DNA of 63,201 bases, filler included, from Phoronis australis (GCA_002633005.1; 11 parts of 11 records of this genome joined end to end with filler, not necessarily neighbours in it), one strand, 5' to 3'. Numbered from the whole stretch's first letter, positions 1-15,251 are shown. A program made the numbers and translations. The notes: a model not told the origin generated them from the letters alone.

Positions 1-2068
1 TTTCCATACCCCGCCGTTTACCTTAAACACCGGGGTTAGAACCAATTTTATTTAGTGGGAATGTTCATAGCATGCGGTCTACATCACAGACATCTGATCA
101 TCAATAAACACAATAACAACTCTCAGACGTTTTGCTCAAGTCCCATAAGCTGACAATAAAAAGTAACGGTGATGTCTATTACCAGATCTTTTAACGCGGG
201 ACGGCTGTCGGCTGCAGCATTCGTAGAACCGGAAGTTTTCTATCCTGCGTGTGCAGCGCCCTCTCATCGTTAGTGCTTATATCCCGTGGTCCGCAACATG
301 CGCAACGCGCTCTAGCGGGAGTTGGCAGTCCCTATCTATAGTCTATGGTGCGACAGATCACGCAGGACACTTCATTGCCAAATTGTCTTGCGAAGTGTTC
401 TTGGCAGATACTTCCACTACATGATGCTCGGGTTGTCTTGTCTGTGTTGTCTATGATGAGCAAACTGCACCCAATTACATCTAGTAATTTTCAAATTTTG
501 CCTGGGGAATGTCCCTCCCCCGATGGAAGGATCTCACTTCATCCCATGCTCGCATGTAGTGCCGGGTTCCGCATCCGCATCGAGCATTCACCACCACGCT
601 CCTTTCGAAACCCAGCTAATAGGGGGATCACATTTCTCATATTCGCGTGCGGCAACGGGCTTTGAACCCCGTTTTGGCTATTCACCACCACGCTCCGTGC
701 AAAACCCAGGGGAAACACTGCCGTACGCATTGATGGCCTTTAAACTACATTGCAATAAAACGCGTAGGACTTGGCAGTGCGTGCGGCTGCCACTGCGGAG
801 CTAATAGGTTCGAGGCCGCGCTACTATTAGTTTCTGAAGAATAAGTTTTCTCGCTATCTTTAGAACACCATATCTCAGGAATGCCAAATAGGATTCGTGT
901 TGAAATTTTAGATACTCTTTCTTATGCACCCTGCACAAAAATGTGTTAGGAATTGACTTTAAAGTGTTCTATTTCTTGTTAGGGGTCACATCAAGGAGTA
1001 GATTTTTTAAAGCAATTGTAAAAAAAAAATCTACGCAAGGACGAATTTAAATAGATATACTTGTTTTTCAAATGGTTGCAATCATGCCATTTACCCAAGA
1101 TTGTTAACAATTTAATTTTAATTTTAATCTTACCGATGAATCAGAAAACAGATTCGGAATATGTTTTAAGTATTTTCACACGGCTTTCGGCATCCCGAAA
1201 ATATTTACTCGGCACACCAACCTCGACTGATAACAATCACCCAAAAGAAACTAGTATAGTTTAAGATATGTTTACATGGGTGTTAAACTGGTGTATATCG
1301 TGGGCTGTCAAGGGGAAAGCCGCCGTAAAATTACGCTCTTAATTACGAGCGTAAATTGAATTCTGGAGTGTCGCCGTACAATTGCGCTCGTAAATAATGT
1401 AAGATGCTGTCCACATGCTTGAACACTCGCAGTAGATATTAGCTACAACACTTTTCCGTTGTGTAGGTTTGGGTAGGAGGGTGATGCTGAAGGTAAGCTA
1501 CTTGGTCGGTGTTTTCCAAAAATTACAGCACCCGGCTCGTCAGCAAAACATGACTGTAACTAGACAAAGTTTTTATGGAATTTCTACTGACGAAATCTGA
1601 TCCCAGCTGTGGAGTGTTTGCACAAAATGTAAGGACTTAGTCGTTCACACCATAGACCCTATTCACGCCGACAGGAGGCGCATTCCAAAACGAGGCTCGC
1701 TACGATAGCTCTGTTAGCTTATTTGCATAGTTCTGTGTTTCAGACCGCGTTGTTCCGCGAACGGCTAGAAAAAATACGGACAGGCAACTGTCTGCTTCAC
1801 AGCCTTCACTATCTCTAAAGACGTTGAGATTCAGAAGCGTTGGGTCGTTGCCGCGACTAAGCAAAATATGTCCGTGTAAAATTTATAAATGTTTTCGATC
1901 ATATTTTGTCGCATGTCGGTCAGTTGTTAACGACCGGAGAATGGGCCAGCCAGGCTGTGTTTTCATGACTACGGATTTAGGGGTGGAGGGGGGGGCATGC
2001 CCCTAAAATTGTATCACATCCCATTTTTGAGTTCGAGTGCGAATTGCTGACTAGCATACGTGCGCAAC

Positions 2069-2350
2069 CAGGGCGGGTCTTGGGGGGTGAATAAACAACG
2101 CATAGGCGCTGAATGAACCCCGTTTACCGTTTTTTTTAGTCAACAGGTCCGCAAACCCGAGAATTCAAGACCCCTGCATCCCCAGAGTTTAGGCTGGGCG
2201 CGCGCGTCTGCCGAAATGCTGCTTATTAGCAAACCCAAGAATTCAAAACCCCTGCATCCCCAGAGTTTAGGCTGGGCGCGCGCATCTGCCGAAATGCTGC
2301 TTATTCCTGTGCCCTGCCCCCCCTCACTGAAAAACCTGGATCCGCCCCTG
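2069..2350. mobile_element. Short non-autonomous DNA element (hAT-like MITE ends) with internal ~80-bp tandem duplication
   Basis: Ends CAGGGCGGGTCT...GGATCCGCCCCTG are imperfect inverted repeats; ~2152-2305 is a direct duplication; no TSD recognisable. Confidence 0.45.
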
Positions 2351-2874
2351 CTACGGGTTGAAACATTATAATTTTTCTTTCCAAAAAGGACTGGGCCCTC
2401 AATCCTTCAAATTGGGGCCCAATATCGGCCCTATTCCCCTCTCAAACATATTGAAATATCACGCGAAATTCCCCCCAAGAGGCATAAAAATTCCCCTAGT
2501 GAAAAATCTCCGAGTCTCTGAGTTCACATCACCTGTAACCACACAGGTGACAATTTTTAAGAGCACAAAAAGCTAATTGAGGCAGGGCCTATGAGAGCTT
2601 GCAACAGGGCGGGGGTCCTATTGATGGTGATCGGGAGGTAGATTGTTCCGGCCCTCACTCGGCGAAAAATTGCCTCTTAGTAGGCACTGGAACCGTTCCC
2701 CTCGGATGAAAGAGGCTTCCGTCTGCAGAAACATGATAACTATGATTGCATTGTCCACTTAACTGAAATTGAGTTCTAAAACGACGTTATGTTTTGTACG
2801 AACGAATTAGGTGTTTTAAAATTCAACGTGGTCCAGATTGATATTTGAAATCTAACACATGAAATAGACGTAAG

Positions 2875-2974
2875 NNNNNNNNNNNNNNNNNNNNNNNNNN
2901 NNNNNNNNNNNNNNNNNNTTAATTAATTAANNNNNNNNNNNNNNNNNNNNNNNNNNNNNNNNNNNNNNNNNNNN
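2875..2974. other. Artificial contig linker N44-TTAATTAATTAA-N44 (same linker at 10766-10865, 16057-16156, 38922-39021, 41875-41974, 47978-48077, 50585-50684, 53280-53379, 56234-56333, 58898-58997)
   Basis: Identical 100-nt structure 10 times; the core places stop codons in all six frames. The N runs at 3659-4210 and 46555-46778 lack the core and are ordinary scaffold gaps. Confidence 0.97.
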
Positions 2975-5310
2975 TTAGGGGTACTATAGCCCAAAGTGAT
3001 CAGTAGTAAAACGTTCAAAACATTCAGGAGGAACTAACTTGTTGCAAAATGTCGAAAAATATGAAGGACAATCGGATTTTACGGTGCTCACGCATCGATC
3101 TCAGATATACGAAAATTTCTCATTTTAGTACATTTGAGGTGCCAAAATGTATAACTAATAAACTGGCTGACAAAGTTTTTATTTTATGCAATGAAAGTAA
3201 CATGTTTTGTCAACATTTTGGCTAAGTTTCATTCTCATAACAGTGGGGGCAGATTTGTTACAGCAGTGTACTGAACATGACCTCAAAATGGCATAACGGG
3301 GGGCAGTGTAGTAAAACTACTAAATGAGGGTGGTAAATCGGAATCGTGTTTCACTGAAGACATCTGTGTAACAATCTCTAGGCACCACTAAACAATGCCA
3401 AGTGAATAATAAATCAATAGCTTTCATTCAAGGAAAAATATGAACAGTTAAAACTGGAAGTTTTTATACCGTGAAAACATGGCTGCGAAACCGTAAAATG
3501 TGTTTGAACCTATAACTTTAGAAAAACACAATATTTTGAGGAAATATTTTACCGCTGTTTATAGATCCCATAGGACTACATATGTGCCAAATTTGGTGAA
3601 AATCGGCTGACCCCCACCTTGCCGCTCATGGTTGGTGCTCTCGTGGACTAGCACTTAANNNNNNNNNNNNNNNNNNNNNNNNNNNNNNNNNNNNNNNNNN
3701 NNNNNNNNNNNNNNNNNNNNNNNNNNNNNNNNNNNNNNNNNNNNNNNNNNNNNNNNNNNNNNNNNNNNNNNNNNNNNNNNNNNNNNNNNNNNNNNNNNNN
3801 NNNNNNNNNNNNNNNNNNNNNNNNNNNNNNNNNNNNNNNNNNNNNNNNNNNNNNNNNNNNNNNNNNNNNNNNNNNNNNNNNNNNNNNNNNNNNNNNNNNN
3901 NNNNNNNNNNNNNNNNNNNNNNNNNNNNNNNNNNNNNNNNNNNNNNNNNNNNNNNNNNNNNNNNNNNNNNNNNNNNNNNNNNNNNNNNNNNNNNNNNNNN
4001 NNNNNNNNNNNNNNNNNNNNNNNNNNNNNNNNNNNNNNNNNNNNNNNNNNNNNNNNNNNNNNNNNNNNNNNNNNNNNNNNNNNNNNNNNNNNNNNNNNNN
4101 NNNNNNNNNNNNNNNNNNNNNNNNNNNNNNNNNNNNNNNNNNNNNNNNNNNNNNNNNNNNNNNNNNNNNNNNNNNNNNNNNNNNNNNNNNNNNNNNNNNN
4201 NNNNNNNNNNNATCGATTGTGTTTTTGTCATACATTGCACGCGAGGTTTTGTTCACATGTACGTCTTTGCACGAAAACTGCAAACTCAAAAATTGTGTCC
4301 CTCTTGTAGCTTCATCCATATCTCGTAAAAGGATAATCAATTAAGTAAATATCGGGATCCCAAACTATGGGTGTACTTTAAAGATGTTTCCCTAAACACG
4401 CCCATGGGCGTATATTTGGGTGGAAAACCAATAAGGCGCCAATAAATAATATGAGAAATTCTAATGACCAGAAATGGCGTTAAGAGACCTACATGGCGGA
4501 TGTTGCTGTATTTTGGGTAAATATCGCGCGATACAATTGTCGCAGTGCAGGACCCTTAAATATACAGTGAATCGATAGGATGACATACAGTGTTGCGTGA
4601 ATGAGTAGTGAAAATTGTCGGTTTTAAAATTACAGTACATGTACCTGTAAGACGAATGTATTTCGAGGATCTTGAAAGACAAGCTGTGTGTTGGCCTGAA
4701 TAGTGATGCTTGTATTTGTCGGCACACGTGCCAGCTTGACTTGGAGGACGTGTTCGTGTTGCAACTGTAATGCCAAACAAAATAAGTGCAGTAACATGGA
4801 GACAAAGAAGTCAAAGAAATGAATGAGTTTCACATAATGGGCACTGAACAAGTCTGTTTCCTTTTTAACAAAGGTTCTCTTAAAAGCAATTACTTTCTCG
4901 ACCAAGGGCGTCTGCTTTTACAATGATATATAAGTATCTTAATTGATACCGTCGCTGGATACTTGCTATGCTGCATGTAGAAGATAATATTAAACGATAA
5001 TCAAGCTTTCGCACTTTAAGCCGACTCGTGTTTTTCGCATCACGCCTATGTAACGATCATTCACAGGAGTCCTCCTATTACCGCACAGTACAGGTCACGA
5101 AACTTTATCCGACGTTCCGGAAACAAGGTGGCAATCGGTCGTCGAAAAATGGTCAACTAATCTTCTCGTGTTTACTGAGTAAACCGGTTACTGCGCATAA
5201 CCGGGCTGCACTGCCGAATTCAATACACGCCCTGGTTCTCGTTAAAAATACTTATTGCCCTGCTACTATTTTCTTATACTTTTATCTGTTTAACTGTATT
5301 GATAAAAAGT

Positions 5311-5605
5311 TGTATCATGCTGGGGCAATATAAGCCACTGAGCATGGGCATCCGGAATTCCGACCCATATAAACACCGCAGTGGAGATCGAGTTTATGAG
5401 TAGCAGCAACTTGCTTGTCTGGGAGGATTGGGCTGGATTACGGGTCGACAACTCGATCGTTGCTTACCGGTGGGACCAAAATTCGTGACCAGCTGTGCTC
5501 CATGCGATTGTCTCACACCGACCTGTCGTTGTCGACGTCCCTTTACAAAACCCACAATAAACTTCACAGTTGAGTCTCGCCCACTGTTTATTCTTAGCAC
5601 ATACA
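5311..5605 (+). mobile_element. Possible solo LTR
   Basis: TGTAT...ATACA termini, TATA-like CATATAAA and AATAAA near the 3' end; no matching TSD, PBS or PPT. Confidence 0.3.
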
Positions 5606-5962
5606 TCGACTAGGTAATCTGCACAGTTTCTGGCCTTGTTCACACACGATGGAAGTGCTGTAAAATGTCATTAGTGTGTACTACGTGATCAATTATGACT
5701 TGAGGCAAACATATGGACTGGCTTTTAATTATGTGTTGTCTGTAGAAACTTTGTTTCACTTCCCAGTCCTGAAGGTTTCGTTTGCCATATTTATAGTATT
5801 ACGTGGTACTGTAAGTACTACACGTACGTATTTTTTGTGTTTTTCGATTCATTTGTACCCATGCTACATCGTTTTCACAGTGCGTTGCAACACTTGGTGG
5901 ATGGTGATACAAGTTTTGATTCGTGGTAAAAGCTCCGGAGCCCATGGTACATGTACCTGTAC

Positions 5963-6223
5963 CATGCGCACCACTAGCCTTGAAAATGGGGGGCTCGAAT
6001 TTTCTGTCGATGAGGACCGTTTGCTGACAAAAATTCGGGAGGAATAAAAAATAAAAAGGGTTACCACCTTTAGAGCTGTGAACTGTGCATCTGCGTCTTT
6101 TTAGTGGACTTTTGTCTCGTTTAAATCTAGGACTTTGCGTTTCTCCGAGGCGGACCTTTTTGCCCACTTCGCCAAATGGGGGGCTCGTTCGAGCCCTCCG
6201 AGCACCCCTGGATGCGCGCAATG
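5963..6223. mobile_element. MITE family with CATGCGC termini (second, gap-truncated copy in opposite orientation at 11371-11578)
   Basis: Imperfect TIRs (CATGCGCA.../...TGCGCGCAATG); internal sequence matches the reverse complement of 11371-11578; flanks TGTAC/TGCAC (4/5, TSD-like). Confidence 0.6.
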
Positions 6224-7926
6224 TGCACGAGTCAGTTTGCTTCTCGATTCCTTCGATAATTCGTGTAAGATTTAGGTCTAAGTATTGAACTTACTGACTA
6301 TACACTGGAATGGCCCTTAACAGCAATCGAGCAGTTCACATCGGGTAAAACTGGTAAAGCTTAATTGGTATTCGAATTGACTTGGCAATTCAGTTTGGAT
6401 TTCTACATGTAGTTATCGAGGCAACTCTCTCCTCCGAGTCCCACACTACCTATTTGTGGCTGAAGGATTAAATACTTACGTTGAACGTGTTTCGTTTTTT
6501 ATAAGGAACTTGTCTTGTAAATTATACTGCTCCTACTTACTCAAGGGCGTCCCACCATGCTTATTTACTTCTTATCATCTCCAGTTGATTTTAGGTGGAT
6601 TACTGGTATGGATTTGATACTTGAGTGAATTAGTAGGGAGGGAAGAAAAAAATGACAGCAAGACTAAACGTACCAACTCATGTTCAGGCTTTGATGTTTT
6701 GATTATTGAATGGGAACCGTTAACTGAACGTGAATTGCAATGTACATTTTACTAGAGAATAACTTCCTAAGACTTTACAGTAAAGTATACAACGGAGAAA
6801 GACTATGTTTGAGTTCGTACCAGTCGTTGGGTGTTGACTGAGTCATAGCGGGCGTTCAGTAGATGCAAAAATCTCGCGAAAACACTAGAATATACTGAAT
6901 ACATTGTCAAATACATTACAAAAGAAGCATATGATTACACTCGCTTCCTTAGCGACATTCTTGTGATTACGAAACTATTTTCTAATTATTCCACACAATT
7001 CCTTCCTGGCGTAGAGACTGACGTTAAATGGGTAATATTGGTGCCGCAAAATCATCGTATATCACGACCACAGGAACATATTAGCCCTACTAAGGCGAAA
7101 CACCACGAAACATCAGGCACACAATTAACTATCTGCACAGGCATTTAGCAAACACATGCAAACATTTTACGAAGAAAGCGGTCACATTCTGTTGTAAAAA
7201 CAGTTGTGAGGCACCAATTTACCTGTCAACGGTTCTTCACATAAGCCGCAATATGCTCTACACATGACACTTGCCCACTGGCTGTATTTAGTGCAGACAT
7301 CTCTCCCGTAACCAGCACAGACATTAGATCTATCTAATGCACAAGTTTCTTTTTCTGGAAAACACTGCCATCAATTGGTGAAATCAAACATCATCATCGG
7401 AGTTGGCTGTGCCAATTAAAAAAAGTATATCACCATCAATATTAAAATGCTAAAATTACCAAGAACTATCAAGAGCCATCATGGATGCCTGTTTTCTGAG
7501 GCTACGTTATCAAGGACATAGCAATCCTCCCCAGGTAGCACTGTGCCACTGACAGACGCCAATAAAAATTGCGACAAGGTTCCATAGTACATCTGACCGA
7601 ACAATAATGTCGGTCATTATTTTTTCGCCAGTGGGAACACACTTGTCAATTTTGATGGTGACTATTCAATTGCGACTTCGTTGAAAGGGAGGCGGTTCTC
7701 AAGACCAGACACAGAAATGATACGTGGTCACAGTAAAACGAAAGCCACATCACAACGGAAAGTGTTCAGTGTCGCTGACGCCAATTTCTACCTCAACTAT
7801 TTATGCTCACGAACGGTGAATATTAGCCCATGGCTATTCCATGCAAAACAAGAGCTGCATACTTATAAAATTTACAGTACTTACATGGTCTATGTGATAC
7901 TAATGGATATTTACAAAGTAGTATGG

Positions 7927-8451
7927 CATTGCAGAAAATGATCTTGAATGGCGCCATTTTGAAGATGCATGGATAACCAACGGCAAAAACTGCAAACCGT
8001 TTGACCAATGTAACATTGTTTGACGTTTGAACGAAGACACGCACGTAAAATCACCCGTCAAGAAATTGTGGAAAACACGTCAATTCGCTACGTGGAGCAA
8101 GATGCGCTGCGTTTGAAAGTATTAGACTCCCTTTAAATTGCTTTTGAGAAGCCTGTTTTGAATGAGCAGCGTGAAACAGGGTTGCGCTGCAGGTTACACT
8201 TGTTTGCGTGACTTTCCTGTTACCCCAATTCATTAGTCATTCTTTGCAGTATTTCACACCCGCCGTGTCTCACTGTGTGTGTCGTCAGCTTACATGTATA
8301 CTCTGTGGTGGCATTACTGCGTCATTTTATCTTCACTTGAGAATAAAACAAGTATGTTTCGAAATATTGTGTGTCTTTTAATTATGCCGCTAGGTCAGTT
8401 ACTGTATCTATGTTCAGTTGAGAGTAGAGTTTTGATCCGAAAATACGAACG
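7927..8451. repeat. Dispersed repeat, second copy at ~45124-45650 (partly inverted)
   Basis: 8041-8451 aligns by eye to the reverse complement of 45124-45535; 7927-8039 aligns in direct orientation to 45538-45650. Confidence 0.85.
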
Positions 8452-11400
8452 TAGCGGTATAAAGACTGTGACCAATGAAAAGTGTCGTGCATTTAATAAG
8501 AATTTAGGCATAAACATTATACACTGTACACTCGGTAGCTGTGATTCACTATTTCAAACACTGGCCAAATGATAGCGCCAATTTTAGTCGTTGGGCCCGA
8601 AGGAGCAAGACGAACTCATTCAATTTTGCCAATCGCCTGCTCGCCCTCCATTTCCTTGACTGCATGACTTTCTACTGTATGTACCTTTCTACTGCACATT
8701 GGAATTAGTGACAACTTTGGTGAGTCACATACAAAACGAAGTTGGATAATAAAAAGTAGTTGGAGCTGTTGATTTAATTACAAAACTATTGTCCTCTTGT
8801 CATTTATTCAATAGATTTGAATAAGGGCGGTGCACTTGATTTTTGGCATTTACTCGTAAGCCAACACAGGCACGTACATGTACACTGTATTCATTCAAAC
8901 CGCTACTGCATTCCATACCGCCAGATACAAGGGTTTAGGTTTAATTCCAATGTCTTTAGTTACAATTGCGAAGAATACACAAGAAAATTTGTTTCCATTA
9001 AGTGAAGGAAAGAAGAATTTAAATCAATAGGTCTCGAAGGATATGGTCTAGATTCGGTAAAAACGCTGCTATTGCGTCATTCACAAATCATCAAGCATTA
9101 TCACAAACTCATTTTCTTCATGAGAACCACTCGTGCTCGATTTAGGAGCGCATTTAAAAAGTTGCTGATGGTTTAAGTATTAATCCAATAATTCGCAAGG
9201 TCCATCCCAGGGTCGCATTTATAGAGCTAGAAAGTCATCGATATTCGCATTAATTGATACTGAGCACTGAATTACGATTGACAAAAATACACTTACGTTT
9301 TGTGAAAGGTGCGCCAGAAACACAAAAGAAATACGTTGTAACACAAAAATTGAGCTTCCTCAAACGTTTGAGGACCATAAAATATGCATTCAGTGCATGG
9401 CACAGACATCTAAGTTGACTGCGTAAGTTGGTCTCAACCCCATTCTCAACCGAACGACGCAGGCGGAAGACCGACAGAATCACCCAAAAATTGTTCCCAT
9501 TGAATGCTGCTGAAAATTTGAGCTGTTTAATTAAAGTTGGTTTTCTGGTGATCAAGGAATGGCCGGTTTAATTACGCTAATTACACTCTGGATTTACTTT
9601 GACTGGAAGCAAGTGTAACTCGATCACTTTGGAAGTTGGCAAGATCCTAAAATCGACAATTCCAGTCAACAATCACGATCATTGATGCCTGGGAGTTTTC
9701 ACCGCCATATGACAAAACGCAGTACTGTCTTCAAGGTTTAATGTAACGAGAGCATACCCACCGCTACGGTCAACTCTAGTGAGTTTGCTTTGGACGATGT
9801 GGAGCGATAGCTTTACGTCATCGAGCAGAGACTCAACGTTTGGTTGTTTACAGTCTCATTTTCTGGTTGAAAGTACGTAATAACCCGATATTGTATTGGT
9901 AGCTAAAAGAAAGAAGAAACACAACGTGTGCGTTTCGTGAAAAAAATGTCTTTGTAACGCAGTAGGTTTCGGTGAGTGAAAAATCTTGAATTAAAAAAAG
10001 ACCATTCTTGTAATTAGAACGGTGCACACATGATATTGGTATTGATTTTACTGATAAAAAGGGAACACAAACGGGATTCGTTGACGTCAAGGAACAAATA
10101 GCACAAAAGCCTCGAGTCCTTGGAGCTGGCAAAATTAAAATGAAGACCATAACAATATCCTAAACCTCAGCCCACCTGTGCATATAATCAGCAAGCCAGC
10201 GGTCCATTTCGGAATTTGTGTCATGCATTCGCACGCGTCCAACCCACCCCAATACAAAAATGGGTTGCAGCACCAAACATTTGTCATTGGAGCTTCTTCG
10301 GTTGTCAGTGTGCCACGGTTGTTTCATTTTAGATCGTTTTCAATCGTCACAGCAAATATCTAATCTAGTTACACAAGGGCGAATCTTGGATTTTGGGTTA
10401 GGGGGGCCAGGACACAGGAATAACAAGAATTTCGGCACATGCGCGCGTTCAGCCTAAAATGTAGGGATTGAGCGGTCTCAAATTCTGGGTTTGTGGTCTT
10501 TATTACTAAAATAATGGTAAACGGGGTTTGTTTAAGGCCTGTAGATGGTGCATTAGCCCCCCCAAACCCCCTGACTGCGAGCATATCATAACGCTAAACC
10601 CTCGTGAGAGACCGCCCCGAGTTGGCTGCTGGAGCAACTCGGGGCGGTCTGGGATCAAGCGGAAAAACCACAGAGTAAATCTGTGGTCTACGAATATATT
10701 CGGTCGATTACATTTTATTGCCCGTGAAGCCGCTAAGGGCTGCCTGAAGAAATATGACTCGCGCGNNNNNNNNNNNNNNNNNNNNNNNNNNNNNNNNNNN
10801 NNNNNNNNNTTAATTAATTAANNNNNNNNNNNNNNNNNNNNNNNNNNNNNNNNNNNNNNNNNNNNTTGATAGCAGCTTCAACTTTTCGCCATCACAAGAC
10901 TGGCATAACAGTGAACAGTTTTGCAAGTACATGTAAGAATTACAGATAACTTTTCCACCACTACAACACTACCTCTGAACCCAGTCGTGCAAAATTTGAA
11001 TTCGGTGCCTGAATAGCAATGGACAATGGACTATGTTACTTATCCATGAAAAACATTTCACAAAGATTTCCAACGCCTCTGAAACGACAACGACTGTCCA
11101 ATCCTTTCAATGTCGCTTCAGTTCATTTCCAGGTGATCTCTCAAATGTTGTCCAACACTATCAGGGGATAGAAAATGCCGAGTCTCGTTTGACAGAGTTC
11201 TTTAATTTAGCTTAGTTCACAATATTGCCATGGTAAAGTAACAGGATACCTCCGTTGTCAAGTATCCAATTTCCTAAACCCTTAAGCAACTTGTATTAAT
11301 ACCCTTGATGACCACAAAATCTTACTGTGAGCACAAAAGCTATGTCCTTACATGTATGTTCATAATCACNCCCCCAAATTTGGCGAATTGGGCAAAAAGG

Positions 11401-11862
11401 TCCGCCTCAATGAAACAAACAGTCCGAGCAAACGAGACAAAAGTCCACAGGAATTCGGCGCGGATGCACAATTCGTAGGCCTGCACCCAGTGGCCCGGTT
11501 TTTTCAGTCCTAGTCCTCGTTGATTTTATTGAGTAAATATTCGAGCCCCCCCAATATTTTAGGCTGGGTGCGCGCATGCTGTATGCTCCACAAAATGAAT
11601 CTTTCGTAATATTATGAAACTTGCAAATTCTATTTCTTCATTGTATTAGCTACAAAGGTGTGTTGATGATTTTATTTTAGAGCCTTTTAGCTAATAGTGT
11701 AAAAAATCGAATTTGTAAGTCTCATGAGGAAACTACTTCGATCCTCGTGAAAAATCCTTTTTAGAAAATACGCTGTCACATGGCTACGCATACCAGGGCA
11801 TTTTTTAGCGCATAATGAAATTATGTGATCATCGAGGATTTTAAAAATATTTAGTTTTATTG

Positions 11863-12141
11863 CAGGACACTATCGGAGAGAAAAGTGATTTTCTGAGACC
11901 AGGCTCAGTGCATAATTGTGTCTACAATCCCTGCAATCACAGCAGAGTATGTTAAGCGTATTTAACTGAGTGTCTGGTAGACCACGACAACAATTGGCGA
12001 TTTGTAACAGAACCACAAAAGCACAACGCCTTTAGTTGTCTTATAGTTATAGTCGAAGCTAATAACTTAAAGAAGTCTGTCCCATTCAGCAATACTCCCA
12101 AAATACGTTTTCTGTCACCAAAACGGACAATGTCCCTTTAA
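11863..12141. mobile_element. Non-autonomous TTAA-associated (Kolobok-like) element; related copies at ~40549-40831 and ~43450-43767
   Basis: Shared blocks TCTGAGACC and TC(G/A)AAG(C/T)TAA...AAGTCT; ends AGGACACTATC / GACAATGTCCCT-TTAA; superfamily assignment is inference. Confidence 0.5.
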
Positions 12142-15100
12142 GACAGTAAGTGGAAGCAAGATGCACTTTTTAAAAGCGGAAAACAGACTATTGTTATTAG
12201 TAGTATTTTCTGGTTTACCGAAGCACTAACCTTGTCCAATTGATGAGTTTGTGAGCTTTTATGCAATACAGCCTTGGGCATTACGCTTACTCATCACAAA
12301 AATGACCAAGCATGAAACCCTCGTAACCAATTAGCTGGCCAAGTGAATTAAAATTGAATGCATGGGTACTTCAACCGTAGCTATTATTATTAGATTTTAA
12401 AAACAATGCATTCTGTGCTTAATCACAGCGCATTTCGCGCGCCTCGTTATATTTATATCTCAAATGTTTTTAAACCTAAAAAGAGGCTCACTATTAAAAT
12501 GGCGACTGCGTGAATACGGTCTATAGTCATAAATTCATATCACTGTGTTGGTAACATTAAAACAAAGTCTGTGCTAAATGGACATGACCCTATTGGAATG
12601 GCGCCCACTGATTTGATCCGGAAGACAATGAAAGTAAATGTTTACACGGAGAATTCTGCTAAGTTTTCCTGTATATAGCAAGGTGACTGCGCTACTTCAG
12701 ATCTGTCAGTCACTGACCAGCCAATGATATGGTGGTCTTGACTTACGTTAGAACATTTTTTAAGGATTTGTTTAATGAACTCCGCTAGTTATCTCGACTA
12801 CAAGTGTTGGCGTGCCATGAAAGAGTAGGTTCACAAACGCTTACTAGGTGTACTTTGTCTGTGAGAGAAAATTGAACAGTTGGTTCGACTGAACGACAAA
12901 AATGGTTTGTGCATAGCTCACAGATGAAAAAATATATATGACAAGTAGAAGATGATGAGCCGGATATGGGATTCAAAAGGACACGGCGTGGTTTGTTAAT
13001 TTCGCAGTTAATAACGGCTAACGGGTATAGAGCAAGCATAGAATACAGTACAAACCGGGGTAATTCCACAAGACAATTTACATTTTGAAGGTTTTAATAC
13101 AATCTACATCCATGTATCTACACGACACACTTCGCAGAAAAATAACGCCGTTAGCATTTTCAAAATTCCAGTTTTGAAAGAATAGAAAACTTGGAGGTAA
13201 ACGAATTTCTATCAAACTACGTTAATTTCAAATTGAAAGATGAAGGGAGATGAATAAAGCGGTAGCAAACGCTACCATGGAAATAATCGATGCAAAGTGT
13301 GAAAAAGAGATAATGGAAATTGACAAAGGTTCCTAAACCGGAAGTGGTGACATTATTTGCCTGCTTCGAAGTTGTCGGACCGTGGAATGGATCTTATGCT
13401 TTTTCAGTCGTATAAAGGCCTCAATTTCCTAGAAGGTTTAGCCAACATCAGAACGTTAAAGTAAGTGGAAACATATTTTAGTCAAGTTCATCAAACCTCA
13501 TGTGACACCATGGCAATGGCATTAGCAAATAGAACAATTTGTATTTTTCTAGGTGATAGATGACGTGGAAGCCATCGTTTGACATCCAAGCAAACAATTA
13601 TAATGGCTTAAGTTGACCGAGTGGACAAAAATGATAGGCTAGATACCGCGGAGACGTTTAGATAAACAAAACTCTCAGAGACTCACAGTAAAAACTTCTT
13701 GTTAACAAAGTTTTCCAGAATCTAATTTCATGCAATCGAACAGTAACAAAATATTTGTTTGTTTAAACAAATCGAAAACTAAAAAACTCGCCTAACCAGC
13801 GACATTTTTGACGTCTTCGTCTGAAAAAAAACAGTATTTTTCTACAGAACTTCATTTCGATCCATGCAGTTGGCTGTCAACTACATGCAAGTAAATCGGC
13901 AAGAGTAGACAGTACAACAACAGAGCCTTTACTCAGCAGATTTTGATTGGCATGTTTGGCGTACTGTTACTATAAGTTGTTTGGTTACAAAACAGAAAAC
14001 ATAGACTGTGTATCACTTCTAATCGACGTGTTTCAAACACCCAATACAGTGAGGAACAAAAACATTTGATTTTGCAACACCCAATATAGAGAGGAACAAA
14101 AACATTTAATTTCGTAAAACTTGCGTCTGACGCATAATAAAGTGAAAATATTTTACATTTTAATTGACATCAGTTTAATTATTGTAAACGCAATGGTTTT
14201 CCTATACATCCCAAGACAGACTAATTCTTAGTTTTCATGAAGTAATCGGTCGTTAAATGTGCTATGTCTCATTAAAACTGAGAATAGTTAAATTTGTAGC
14301 AAGCGCCACCTTGAGACTTCCTGGAGAACTGTGTATACAAGTATAATCAGGAAAAGAAACAATTTGTAAATAAATTGCGGTTTTAAAGAAAACGGCCACA
14401 ACTGACACAAGTGTGAACATATAGAAAACCCTAGTAATTCCAAATATTACACAATCGTTATTTCATAGTGAAATTAACAAATAATAAAAACTGGGCCTTG
14501 TTTCAATGATGACATATTACCATACTCATTTACATAAAAATAGTCTAGCAAAACGAGACTTTCGCGGGATTGTAATGATAACTGATTCATGGATGGTTTC
14601 CGGCACACCGAAAGACGCGGGGTTGTTTGAAATTCTAAACTAGTACTTCATCTGCATATTCACAATTTAATGAGACATAGCATCTTTAAATCCCTGCCTG
14701 CATATTCCGATTAGTCGCATCGACTTCGCACGAGATTGCCGTTTACGACTATTTGGAGTGTGTAGAAAGATCTTTTGACATGACTTTTCGAGCTCAAAGT
14801 CGTGTACGACCTGAAGATAGAACTTGTCCGATTTTGCTTCGACTTTCGTTCTACTCGTCGAAGACCTATACGAAAATCGAAACACAATCTATTTTCTATA
14901 CAGTCCGATTGTGAATTTAGAGTTCGTATAAAACTCGAGTGTAGAAAGTACTGTAAAGTTACCAAGAAGCACGTTCTTTTCCAAAATCAAGTTTCTTAAA
15001 TTCGTTCGCAAAGTTTTGCAGGAAAGAGTGCGGTGCGAAATAAACGTAATTTGAGGGATAAAAAGTTTAGACGTATGTTTCATTTGCACTCAAGACATGT

Positions 15101-15251
15101 GAATGCTAGTTAACAAGAAGGGTTCAAATGCATCTTTAAGAATTTATGTGAACTGTTACTGAATACCCGGAGTGGTAGTTACAATAACGGCCGCCAACTG
15201 AGGAAGAGCTGTCCATGTAGCTATCTGCTGATTCGTATTTCGTCACTCCAG

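Noticed and set aside
2919-2930. Recurrent TTAATTAATTAA palindrome
   Set aside because: Always centred in N44 flanks; artificial linker.
3626-4340. Long ORFs of 204/230 aa (and 46475-46835)
   Set aside because: They are runs of N translated as X.
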